A DNA stretch of 64,000 nt from Tubiluchus corallicola (Eukaryota > Animalia > Priapulida), in assembly GCA_030141605.1 (NCBI GenBank), contig JAQGDQ010000594.1, positions 1 to 64,000 on the forward strand, given 5' to 3'. This document shows positions 48,413-60,600 of the stretch, in pieces. Position 1 is the first letter of the stretch; each line of letters opens with the position of its first letter. The notes under the pieces are model-generated. The model saw only the letters and a list, made by a program, of their open reading frames with translations, made no database searches and was not told the DNA's origin. The translations under genes were made by a program, and so were the position numbers.

Positions 48413-48880
48413 CAGGGGTGTGCAAATTATCTGACTAGCCGGGCCACATTAAACTTTCCTGCGGGCCACAGGCAGTTTGATCAATGAGCTAAGTACAGAA
48501 AGGCCTAATAACGATTTTTTTGCATCCGACCTGCGTACATAATTACTACTACACACAAGAAACTATTTTAGAAATTAAAATTTATATTACAAACCATGAT
48601 ATATTTCTACTTTCAGGACAGATAGTGGTAGTTTCATTACAATGCATATTAGTATATCACACAGTCTGTGTAGTACAGTGACAATAAGCTACAACCGTCT
48701 TGTAAGGGTTAATCGCATCCGATCTAGTAAAAAAAAACTACCCGCACTATCTTTGGGATCGTGGCACAGACTTCAGCTGGATACACTCAATTAATCGCCC
48801 GGGGCGCACTTTCATTAGGTTGACAAATCTCTTTGCGGGCCACACAAATTCTCTCTGCGGGCCGCAATTTGCACACCCTA
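48413..48880. mobile_element. hAT (Charlie-like) MITE
   Basis: TIR CAGGGGTGTGCAAATT / AATTTGCACACCCTA; subterminal GCGGGCC repeats. Confidence 0.85.
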
Positions 48881-50201
48881 ATTTGTCGTCAATCCTAAAA
48901 ACTGTCATTGTGGAAGGACGTCTCATTAAAGGAAAGGCCAAACCTACTGCAAAGTTAGGATTATTTCAATTTTTGCAAAAAAGCGTTAGACGGACTTTGT
49001 AATAAAAGTGTGATAAGAGCCTTATGAATTAGGAAAATCGCGACCATATCACGCCTTGGCACTCTAAGTTTGAACGCCTTATATTTTGCAATATACTTTG
49101 AATTATACCACACAAAACAAAACCACTTTCAAGATAATGTTATGAAATTGGTGTTGATGTAAATGGTGATACTCGTGATTGTGGTGGTGGCAATGATAGT
49201 TTTGACAGTAAAATTGATGGACATGTAGCTGAAGTTGTCGTAATCTATAGTCTATAGTAGTCAATTCAATTATTTATTTTTTTCTGAATCTAAAGTACAT
49301 AAAACACAATACAAGGATAAAAAGAAATAAGTACTACTAAAAAACTAACTTAAAAACTTATTTACGATATCATATATGTGTACGTTTATGCACTTACAAT
49401 TAAAATTCTTCTCCATTTGCTAAAAATATAAGAACTCATACTGATATCAGAGTATGAAATGTATTGCATTGAAATGTTACTAGAGAGATCTAATCGATTT
49501 TTTAAAGAATAAACTGCTTTTTGTATGATTACGTCAAAATGTTTAATTTGCAAGTTGACACATTCTGTATTCGTAGAGCAATAAAAATAGTTTTCTTAAA
49601 CACTTGTTGTAGGCAACTTCTCAATATAAGCATTGTTATTTGTCCACAATGGTGCAGTTTGTCTTAAACAATTGTACCTTGACAGCTTTACTACAAAATG
49701 AAAATTTTCTAACAAGAACGTTTGCTCTAGCAGCGAGAAGACAGTATCTGTAGCAGGAGCAATTTTTCTTTTTCTTGAGAATTTCCAATGCAAATTGTAC
49801 GGTAGAGAAGACACTACTAAAGTTCTGTTTTGGCAAATTGGCACTTTTTTGACGTGTGATTTTGCGGCTAAGTGCTGGTGAAGTTTGCCAGGGTAAGAAT
49901 TTTTACTTCCGTTCCACGAATATTTAAAATTTGTATATAAAAATTATTTTGCAACTGTGTTTTGCTGTATTATCACAAATTTGATAAAAAGCTTTTGTTT
50001 TCCTAGGGTAAACATGCGTGGCCTGATATTCGTATGTTATAACAAGATAACTTGGCATGAAACGTAATGATGGTGAATGACGAGTGAGCAGCATTTGTCA
50101 AAAATCAAGATCCATTTGCATATCTTGCTTGTTTACATTTATGATCCTGTCGATAACAATCAGAGCAATTTTGATATTGACTCCGCGAAAAGATTGTGGA
50201 A

Positions 50202-51839
50202 ATGATTGCTGCTGGTGACGTATCCATTAACGAAGAATTTCTTAGCTTGGAGCTTGATCTTTGTGAACAGTTGGCTCCTCTCTCATTTTCGGCACCCGTC
50301 ACACACGTCTACAATCCGTTACTTTATGCAAGAAACACTCACAGAGACTATGTGGCGAAGTATCTGCGTGGACGGAAGCCGGTGATTTTTCTGGGGATGA
50401 ATCCGGGACCTTACGGAATGGCACAAAACGGGGTAGGTATTTTAAGTTGTGTATGCTGTTCATAACAATGTTTAAAATTGGAACGATGCCAAGTAAGGAT
50501 GAACCTTCTGGACTTTGCAATTGCTGTAGAGAATAAGAAATTATTTATTTTCTTCATTTGTTATGTTTATTTTCTTTCTTTAGAAAATCATGTATTTATT
50601 TGTGGGGCTAAAAAACACATTCAAGGGTAAGAAAGGGTAATTTTAAATTACGTTCCTTAAAACTTTCCACGTAAAGTTATATTACTTGGCATTACGATTA
50701 CTTGCTTGAAAGCTTTATATAACTTAATAAGAAAATTCTTATTTGCACCAGCTGGTAAAACGTCATTGTTTCATCTTCCCAGTGTGCACCATTGATTCAC
50801 CAAAAATTGTTATCGATCATGTTGACATTGTAAAGTATTTTAAACTTTTACTTAATTAGTGAACAGTGTGCTATGAATGTTCTGATTATTTTTTCAAACT
50901 TTGTGCAATGTTATCCAAACTTGTTTCAAAAGACCTACCATTAAAGTGGTTGCACCTAGTGGAGTTTAAATTTACAATTTTTGTACAGTGTTACTGCTAA
51001 CACAAGCTCTGTGCGCAATAAGGCAGCATGTAAGTGACATTTAATTTCAAGACAATTTTTTAGCCTTGTACAATTAAATGGTTTTTTTGTGCTTTAAATT
51101 TGTCTGATGTACTAAATTTTAGTTTTGCTAATTTATATAAATATAGTATAAGGTAGGTACTGTATTTGTTATAGGTACCATTTGGCGAGAACAATCATGT
51201 TGTGAATTGGTTGGGTGTTACGGGAGAGGTGTACAAGCCGAACAATGAAAATCCAAAAAGGCAAATTCATGGTCTGTCCTGCTCAAGAAGTGAGGTAAGA
51301 ATTCATGCTACCGTAGCTGGTTGTTTCTTTAGCAAAACCCAATTTTCATTATCTATTAGTTTTTTTGTTTAGGATTTTATCAAGTTTTTGTGTAAATTTT
51401 TGCATGTTTGTTGTTTGTTTAAAATTACAATTACAAATTACAACATTAAAATTACACACATTTGTTTTGTTTTACACAGTATTAAAACAATGGTTAAACA
51501 TTTTCTGAAACAGCACCCCCATTAACTTTAACTACGGGCTGCCACTCGTTCTGGCATTGTTTGTATATTTAATAAAAAATGATCAATTATCAGTTATTAG
51601 TTTGCAAGTAGTAAGTTTCTATATTTCTACAACAAAAGTGCTCATAGTTTATAAATGTAGGACCGACACCTCGCTATCCGTTGACAAATGTCAAATGTTA
51701 AAATAAACCTTGTTACGCCTTTTACTTCCTCTAAATGATCAAGTTTGGTCATCTTCCCAGCGACACCAGCGCGAAGGTTGCCCCTCTCGTCGGGACCGGT
51801 CCGAAGACCTCACTAAATCATTCAACCGGTAGTAGCGAT

Positions 51840-51874
<35 letters not shown>

Positions 51875-52611
51875 ACGAGCTTATGACTCGCGCTTACTGG
51901 GAATTCCTCGTTCAAGGGAAATAATTGCAATTCCCTATCCCTAGCACGAAGGAGGTTTATCGGGTTACCCAGTCCTTCCAGAAAAGGTTCAAATGCATGC
52001 TGATTCCTTCAGTGTAGCGCTTGTACAGCCCCGGACATCTAAGGGCATCACAGACCTGTTATTGTTCAATCTCGTGCAGCTAAGCGCCGCTTGTCCCTGC
52101 CAATGCACTTTCATTGTTTGTTTAGAACACTCGATCAAGAGTGAATAAAAAATCAGCAATCAATGAAAACAAATTTAATTGATTAGTGATTAGAAATCGA
52201 ATTTTGTCAACGGTCTTTTAGTATCTGCATCTATAAATTGGCTTCGATTCCACGTTGTTATTCTGTCTCATTTTACTTTGCATGATGGTCTTCATAATGG
52301 TGGAACAAAGCCATAATGAAATATTGATACCATACTTGAACGACAGAAAATCTAAAAAAGTTGGAATATAGCTTATTGGATTTGAACCGCATGCCTTCTG
52401 CTTGCAATTCAGATGCTTTAGACCACTCGGCCACTGTATCCACTAGTGACCAGAGCAATCCAGAGTAATGTGTTACTCCTACTTGCCAGGTTATCGATAT
52501 ATGATTTTGTTTGTGTAGAAAGCTCATAATCCCGTGGTATTTGAACAGCATTTGGAATACATTTTTAGGCATCTCATCACATAGACACTAACCTGCCAGC
52601 TTACTATTGTA

Positions 52612-52679
<68 letters not shown>

Positions 52680-53487
52680 TTCGTTTAGGACATAGTCCAT
52701 GGATAACACCTTAAGTAACTCAGTACTTATTTCTAAGGTGGTTCCAATTATTATTACCCACTCATTACCCGTGATTAACCTGCATGCTTGGTTGAACAAT
52801 CAGCGGTACCGTTTTTTAACTCTTTGGTATGACATGGTCGGGAATTGAACTCGCGACCTCCCATGTGTATGCTTACATTGCGGAGCTATACCTCAAGTGT
52901 GTTGCTAACTTCTTGCCTTACATTGATGAGCTTTGCTGATGAAACAAATTGTGGCTGCACCAGTCAAATTTTCACTACTGTCAATTATTAATTCTGTATT
53001 TAATTACGACAAAAGTCAAGCTAGTATTATTGTGCAAACAATGCTCTGATCTTCAACTTTTCTTTTCCAGGTAAGCGGTGCCAGATTTTGGGGTTACTTC
53101 AAAGATGTCTGCAAAGTGCCAGAGGTGTTCTTTCGCTATTGCTTCGTGCACAACTACTGCCCTCTCATGTTCATGACGGAAAACGGAAAGAACGTCACTC
53201 CGGCAGACATGAACGCGCAGGAAAGAAAGCAGATGGAACGCGTTTGTGACAAGTCCCTGTGCGGAGTGATTTCGTTGCTTTGCACGGACACGGTCGTGTG
53301 TATAGGAAAGTACGTAGAAACCAGGACTAGAGCCGCCTTGAAGGATGCGGGAATGAGCGATGTTAGAGTGCTCAGCATCATGCATCCCAGTCCGAGGAAT
53401 CCAAAGGCTAATCAGGGATGGGGTGCCTTTGTCAGCAAGCAATTGGAAGAATTCGGACTGTTACATTATATTCAGCCACCTGTGTAG
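50202..53487 (+). CDS. SMUG1: Single-strand-selective monofunctional uracil-DNA glycosylase, ~255 aa
   Basis: Exons 50202-50432, 51175-51294, 53071-53487 (768 nt; start = first ATG after an in-frame TGA at 50178). Motifs YNPL.YA, FLGMNPGPYGMAQNG|VPFGE, SE|VSGARFWG, FVHNYCPL, HPSPRNP. Confidence 0.96.
51705..52098 (-). pseudogene. 18S rRNA 3'-domain fragment (~390 bp, degenerate) in SMUG1 intron 2
   Basis: Reverse complement contains CAATAACAGGTCTGTGATGCCCTTAGATG, GAACGAGGAATTCCCAGTAAG, CCCTGCCCTTTGTACACACCGCCC and TTTAGAGGAAGTAAAAG-CGTAACAAGGTTT; truncated at both ends, with substitutions at conserved sites. Confidence 0.95.
52371..52440 (-). mobile_element. tRNA-derived SINE head or tRNA pseudogene
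   Basis: Minus strand A box TGGCCGAGTGG and B box GGTTCAAATCC; no proper acceptor stem. Confidence 0.65.
52613..52870 (-). mobile_element. tRNA-derived SINE with Meta-like central domain and (ATT)n tail
   Basis: Minus: B box GAGTTCAATTCCC, then GTCATACCAAAGAGTTAAAAAACGGTACC (resembles the MetaSINE domain as recalled), ending in (ATT)n at 52613-52679. Confidence 0.65.
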
Positions 53488-55969
53488 AAGTAATTTCTCT
53501 TAAAATTGAAACTTAGAGTATCATGAAGTCAGACATACTCCCAAGCATTTTGCTGATGTTTGTTAATTTAAACAACATTTTTTATTTGAGAGAAAGCATG
53601 AAGTGACTCATTAAACACATGTTCACTTGTAGTAAGTACAAAGGAATTAATTAAACGCTGATTGGCTAACAGGAAAAACCTATAATAAAGCCTTTGAGAT
53701 TGTAGATACATCGCATGTGTGCTTGCATGGCAAAATCGTCCACAAGTCGGCAATTAAGCCTTTATAGTTATTCACATATCCCGAATCTCCATTTCACGAG
53801 GATCATTTTGATGCTAAGCTCATCGCTTTGTGTTATTTCTAAGCTGAGATAATCCACGTTGAAGTTGAGGTGCTGGCTAAACACTGAAAAATATAACCTT
53901 GAGAAAATCGCTGTTAGAGTTAGCCGTTGTTTTTTGTTGCACTAATGTTGGTTGCTAGGAACGTTGCAAGAACCCACTGAAGTTATCTGTAAATCCAGTA
54001 GATGGCTCTTCCTGACGAAGATCAGGGGTGGCAGCAGAAAAAAACCGAAGCAAAATTACAGCTTCCACGTACTGCTATAAGAGTTTGAAATTATGAGTTT
54101 TTTTACAATTGCACTACTAGTTTTTAGCCAGAAAAGTGGGTAGGGGTTCTAAAATTAGATTTTTAGTATTTTTTGAGCTTTTTCTTGATTATTTGATGAT
54201 AGAATATAAAAGACCAATATATTTAGCATTTGTTTTGACAAAAAACAAAAAAATTGACATGGTGCATTCCAGTTTGGTGCACCATAACTACGCCGACTTA
54301 TGGACAGTTTTAGTTTGCAAGCACACATAAGTTGTATAGGCAGATGTATTACAAAAATTGCAACATCTGTAAGTAAGAACGAAACTGAAATAGCTATGCA
54401 ACTGGTTGTTCAGTAAGTTAGGTGAGCGAAAGGGTGAGACAAATTGGTTATGATTTGGTCATTGTTAATGCAAATCTGTAAGAATAGAACAAACAATTAA
54501 GACAAGGTGTTGGTATCACAGGAACACAATAATATAAAGAATTTTCTCTGTTAGGTCGAATTGAGAGAATATATTAGAACACAGTAGATTTAATTTTATT
54601 ATCTACATTTTATTACAAAGGTGCCAACTTTGTATAATAAATATAATGTCAGCAAATACTATAACATATGCTAGAATCAGGTGAAAGAAACTTTAATGTT
54701 GAATATTATGTCTGTTTTTTTATACAACCACCCCAAACACAGCCAGTGGGCCTCCAGCGAAGTGGTTACCATAGAAAAGTTAAAATGTGCATACAGCTTA
54801 GAAAAATAGAATTATTGTAACTAATTGTGTATAGATTGTAGGACTCGTAGGAGCGACTCCGTGAAGTTAGTTAAGTTGTAGTTATCAGGAGGCCATTTTC
54901 TGGTAACAAGTTCCACAGATAAGAGGCCAGGGAGAAAAATGGTTTTCAAGTTAACCATTCTGTTTCTTAACCAACCTTCAACCAGAACGAGAGGCTGCAA
55001 CTAACAAACTGTCTGACCAATTATTATAGGCTGTGACCACATCTTGTAAACATTTGTTAATGTAGTTAGCCGACCTACATTAGAGTGTAGGTAGAAAGTG
55101 CCTGTTGCTGGTGCCACGTTAAAGGCTCAACAGACAGCAAATCTTCAAACAATGACTCATCAATTGTATTATAGTACTACTGCGTATTGACACGGCAGTG
55201 GCAACGAGACTTGTGTAAATATTTTTCCGGCCGTTACAGTTGCCGCGCAGTGACATCGCGTAGCTGCATGTGTCCAACTCTTCGAGCTTGTGTTAATATT
55301 GTGAATCGTGCGCGGGTGTGTTCTTTACTTCAACCAGGTCGAGCGACAATGTTTGCTAACAGCGTTTATTCATGCGGATATGTAAACGTTTATATGATGA
55401 ATAATGATCCTACAGTTTGGACAGAAATGGCTCATTGCTCTTTTCTGAGTACGAGATACTCGACTGTTATAGTTGTACCGTAAACGATCATTGTATCATA
55501 AACATGTGGTTTCTTTGCATTGTTCTACACAGTTCTTTATGTCTAGCATATGCAGTTTTTTCTCTTGTATTCTGTTCTACGGTTCAATAAGCAATATTGA
55601 ATGCATGATAGATTTGCAATTGTTTGCATTATGGTTGTGCAATAAACTCGTATGTACTTGTTTGTGTTTCTTTTTTTAATTCACATGCAGCTTTTGTAAA
55701 CTTTAAAGGAAAACCCTACTCCATCTTAAACAACAGATCAAAACAACTTACCTAATCGGACTGGAACATATTGTTTTCTTTAAGAATGACTCAGTGCACA
55801 GACCACTTTTATGTGCAGTTAGTTTTGTACAGTTATATCATTTTGCCATTCGCTTGTTAAATGGGCTCTAACGTCTACAGCTCAAAAAACATTGCACAAA
55901 AACACGTTCTGTACCCTTGAGTTCAGAAGTGTTCAGTTGTGATGTGGTGCAGATGTTTGAGAGTCCATG

Positions 55970-56285
55970 TGGTGAACTTAAAATTCAAATTTTTAAACTC
56001 AAAATTTGCCACTCAAAGTTTTTGTGTGGCACACAAAATATTGTATAGTATCACTGTACTTCAAATTTTCTTTTTACAAACACGTGTAACGCTCATGTAA
56101 TGCTTTTCCGGCTGAAAATTACGTTAGTTTGTGATGTCATCACCACTTGGGCTCCCCGGCCATTAATTAAGCTTTTAACTTTTTATTTAATTATCAGAAA
56201 ACTTTCGCATTATTATAACTTGTGTTAAAATGTATACTTTTGACAGTACTTCAAAATGCTGTAGGATATGAAAGAAATCATCGTG
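55970..56285. repeat. Interspersed repeat; second copy at ~61190-61480
   Basis: Shared GAAAATTACGTT...GTGATGTC.TCAC...TTGGGCTC...CATTAATTAA...AATTATCAGAA...GCATTATTATA. Confidence 0.7.
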
Positions 56286-56489
56286 TTTTCTTTTAAGAAC
56301 GCGAATGTTTATCCTCGTCCGTTTTTCATATATAATGTGTTTTTCGTGGTCGAAATATGTAATTATTTATTTCTAGTAATCATTGTAATGGTAATATTAG
56401 CAACAATGATTGTAAATATAATTGTGATGTATTTAGTATAGGTGTTATTTATAATTGGTTTCTCTTAATAATGGCATTGATGATGTTAG

Positions 56490-57146
56490 CTCCTTATATG
56501 ACCTTTGATTTTGATGAGCATAGACATAACTAAATGATTACAAATTAGGTACTGTTCTATTCAGGAGAATATCAGCTATCCAATTGTGCTATTTTTAAAC
56601 ATTTAAAAGTTATTTAATTTAGATAAAATTAAGAAAAACACACACTTTCAGGTACTCCAACTTTGCCCATTGTGTAGCTTAGTCTGGTGTACACCTGCTT
56701 GGTACAGCTCAAGCTGTGCAGTGTTCTGCTGCTATTCGATGAAAAACCAACTGATCATTCAAGCGCAAATATAAGCTGTTTCATCTTTTAACAGGAATTT
56801 CTTCTTAAAAATGCAGTATACTTGAGGCCAAAATGTATCAGACTGTTGTGTCTGGATAGGTGAAATTTTCTGCATTAACCGATTTCACACAAGTCATACT
56901 GTACTTTGTTACAGTGCACACACTGCAGTTACTGAAAGTTTTTTCAATTTATTCGACTAAAATTGATATTTAATTCGTCTAAGGTAAACAAATGGATTGC
57001 ATACATAATTGTGCACGAAAATCCATTGTGTGAGGAGTAGAAACCCACAAAGATTATCAAATATAATGTAATCACTGCTTAGCGAGAGCAGTTTTTCATG
57101 AACCCCTGCAAAATGCAGCAAACACTTACGGTCCTGAAGGAGTTAA
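56490..57146. mobile_element. Second copy of the TTAA-terminated element seen at ~6100-6779
   Basis: Colinear similarity; same CTTACGGTCCTGAAGGAGTTAA end. Confidence 0.7.
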
Positions 57147-57652
57147 TGGTGTCTATGTAACTACTGTCTTAAAGATCAGGTCTGTAGCTAACAGAAGCTG
57201 TGGTGTAGCAATGGTTTTTGTTTCCTGGACTTCTGTTTCTCTTATGGATGTTAGTAAATTTTCTGTTAGTAGATTTTTTCGATTACTAGTATTTCAATAA
57301 GATTTTTGAAAATCGGTAATCAGTCATGTTGAGTTCATTATTCTGTATTGGATGAATTGTAATAGTTTTCTGGCATTGTGAGCTGTAAATTCATGTACAG
57401 TAGTTAGTAATTGTGAAATAGAAAATAAAGGATTTTTATACTCATATTCAGTAATTGCAGTTACTTATTTTTTACGCTTTAGCGTTTGGTTTTTCGATGC
57501 TTGTCAGTCTACTAGTGACATCTGTTGACAATGCAGTTTATTAACATTTTCAAAGTTTTAATCTCTAATGTTTCAGCAATATGCAACAATTGCACATCTC
57601 ACAATGACTTGAAACGCACGTTGGAAAATCGGCTTTGCCCGGCCTGAAGAGA

Positions 57653-60600
57653 ATGAGAAAACGCAAAGTTGGGTTCCTGCTGCTGTGTGCGCTGGCAATA
57701 TCGTCGACCTGGGGCGAATTTTTAGCAGATGAAGGGGGTGACGTTTTCACGAACAAGTTTGTAGTCGAGTTTCGGAATGAGGCCGACGAGACTGTGGTGC
57801 AGTTAATTGCTGAAGCTCTAGGAATAAACAATTTGCAAAAGGTACAGTACACTTTTATTGTCTGTTATTATTATTGCACAAAATTATTACATGCTGCACC
57901 ATTATTTACAATTAGTATTCTATGGTGTCTTATGACAATTAAACAGGAGCATCAGTGTTATAAAACCAAAATTTAAACAAATCACAATAAAACCCAGCGA
58001 ATTTAAACCAGGCAATGTACAACATAGACACAACTGGTATAATGATAAATATTTGAAGTAGCAATGAAATAAAATCAGTTTTTTATAATAATCCTGCTGG
58101 AAGTGGATAATTAAATGTTACGTTGTTAATAACGTTATGGTCATGGCAAAGTGGTCTGATGTGCATATATCTAAGATGCCTCTGCCAGTTCACTGGTTTA
58201 TCTTTAATAATGAGCCACCTTCTCAAACATCTCATTGAGTCGTCATTATCACCATATGCCCATTACTACGTCTATTACAGATATTGGGCAGGTAAAATTC
58301 TAAAATATCTGCCCTCAATGCAGGTAAACACAGCAGTAGTCCAACAAAAAACTAGACACTGCTATGCCAGTGACTTGCCAGCACCTCTTCCGAGAAAAGC
58401 ATTGAGTAAGCCTTGCCAAAGGCTTGATTTCCCAACTTGCAATATACAGAAGTGAATAATTATACTAATAATGTAGATTCCCTATGTGGAGTCGCTTCAG
58501 TTTGATGTTATATTGGTTGTATTTATGCTGGCAAATATGAGCGCTGCTCTGTAGTTGAAGCATAAAAAAACTCTTATAATAAAACTGAAATATAAAATCG
58601 TCTTGAAATTTAGTGTCACTTACGTGCAGCCTTATTGTGCAAAGAGCTTGTGTTAGAAGTAACGCTGTATAAAACTTGTAAATTTAATTCCTGTGATGAC
58701 CACTAAGTGTAGCCACTTTAATGGTGTGTCTTTTGAAACAAGTTTAGATAACATTGCATACAGTTTGAAAAAATAATCATTGCATTCGTAACACACACTA
58801 ACTAAGTAAAAGTTTAAAATAGGTTTCCTTGTCAATATGATCAACAACGTTTTTTGGTGAATTAGTAGTGCATATTGATATTGTGATACAGAGGTGTTTT
58901 ACCATGTGTAGAGAACATTTTATATTAATTCTTTTCCAATTACATAAGTCTTTCAAACATGGCAAGCATAATGCTAAGTAATATAACTTCGTCTTGAAGT
59001 TTTGTATCTCTTACATACTGCTTTTTTGCACTATATAAAACTTGAAAATTTAAACTCCTGCGATGACCGTTACAGGCAGTCATTTTAATGATAGGTTGTT
59101 TGAAACAAGTTTAGATAACATAATCATCAGACGATTTGTACCACACTAATCGCTAACTAATCAAAAGTATAAATTACTGTCTTGTCAATTAGATTAAAAA
59201 CATACTTGTTGGTGAGTCAGTGATGCACGCTGGGAAGGTGAATGAGTGACTTCTTCCAGTTGGGACAAATATTTTAAATTTCTACGAATTTTCTTTTCTA
59301 GTTGCATATGTCTTTCAAACATGTAAGCATATTGTTTAGTCATACAACTTTGTATGGAAAGTTTTTTGGGACGTATTTTAAAATTCCCCTGTCTTTGCCT
59401 TCAAAATACCTTGTTTAATTCACATTCATTTGCATACACTCACTGTAACATCGTTTCAGGTACTTGGATTTGAACACGTTTATCTTATTGAGGAGTCTAG
59501 CATAGTGAAACGATCCACCACTGCCGTGCGTCATGACTATATAAGGAGCTTCCAAGACGACCCTCATGTAAGTCCATTGTGTTTTATATTTTATATTCCA
59601 TTGTTTACATTTCTAAAAATCAAATGTCTCAGTTGAATGTTTAACGATGCATGTTATCCAGTATTAGTAACAGCATTTCACCAGGCATTAACCTGACATT
59701 TTCTGCTATTGAAACTACGGATGCACGGCAGATCTATGAAACTTAACTTTCAGAGACTACCCACGGAGCAACCTCTTCCCACTCCCTGATAGAGTGCTTT
59801 CGTTGGTTGCTTGGCACACGCTGTGACTAGTGAGCTATTTCCCTCTCAAATGCATTTAAGCAAATTACAATTTTTTTTTTAATTACTTTGTTCATGTATG
59901 AATATAGGTTGAATGGATTGAGCAGCTTCGATTAGTGGACAGAGTAAAACGGGCACTTCCCGACTCGCTGACCGACCAAAGTGGGACGAGAAAGATTGAA
60001 GAAAGTGATCGGCTGGTGTTCACAGACCCTAATTATCAGGACCAGTGGTATCTTGTGAGTAAATCTGTTGTCTCATTCCAGTTTTTATTGGCTTTTATTG
60101 TCGGAAGTTTTCTTTGAAAATTATAAGGTTCAATAGGCATTTTTCGTTCTTCCTATCTCTTCCTGTTTACTGGTTAGGATTAGAAAATTATCCGGCTTAT
60201 AAATGTGCCCTCACCTTTTTAGACGAGGCAGTAAGTTATTCACAGAAGAACAGATTAAAGCACAAGAAAACACCCTTCATAAATAAAGCTTAAAAATTTT
60301 TTACATCACTTACATGCAAACTTGTCGCACCTAGAGCTTGCATTAGCAGTATAAAAACTTGAAAATTTAAACTCCCGCGATGACCGTTAGACGCAGGTAT
60401 TCTCACGGCAATTCAATTTAAACAAATTTAGTTAACATTGCATAATGTTCGCAAAAATAATCAGAGCATTTGTAGTACCCATCATTGTAGAACTCTCTAA
60501 CTAAGCAACAGTTTAAATTACTTTGTATTGTCACCAACATCAATAATGTGTTATTTGGTGAACAAGTGGTGCACACTGGGATGGCGATGCAGGACTATTT

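Noticed and set aside
51705-52098. Functional rRNA gene, and ORF 51739..51930
   Set aside because: Truncated at both ends, mutated at conserved sites, no ITS/5.8S/28S; the ORF is spurious rRNA translation.
53053-53442. Antisense ORFs over SMUG1 exons, LACTB exon 6 and the first convertase exon
   Set aside because: Shadow frames of GC-richer coding exons.
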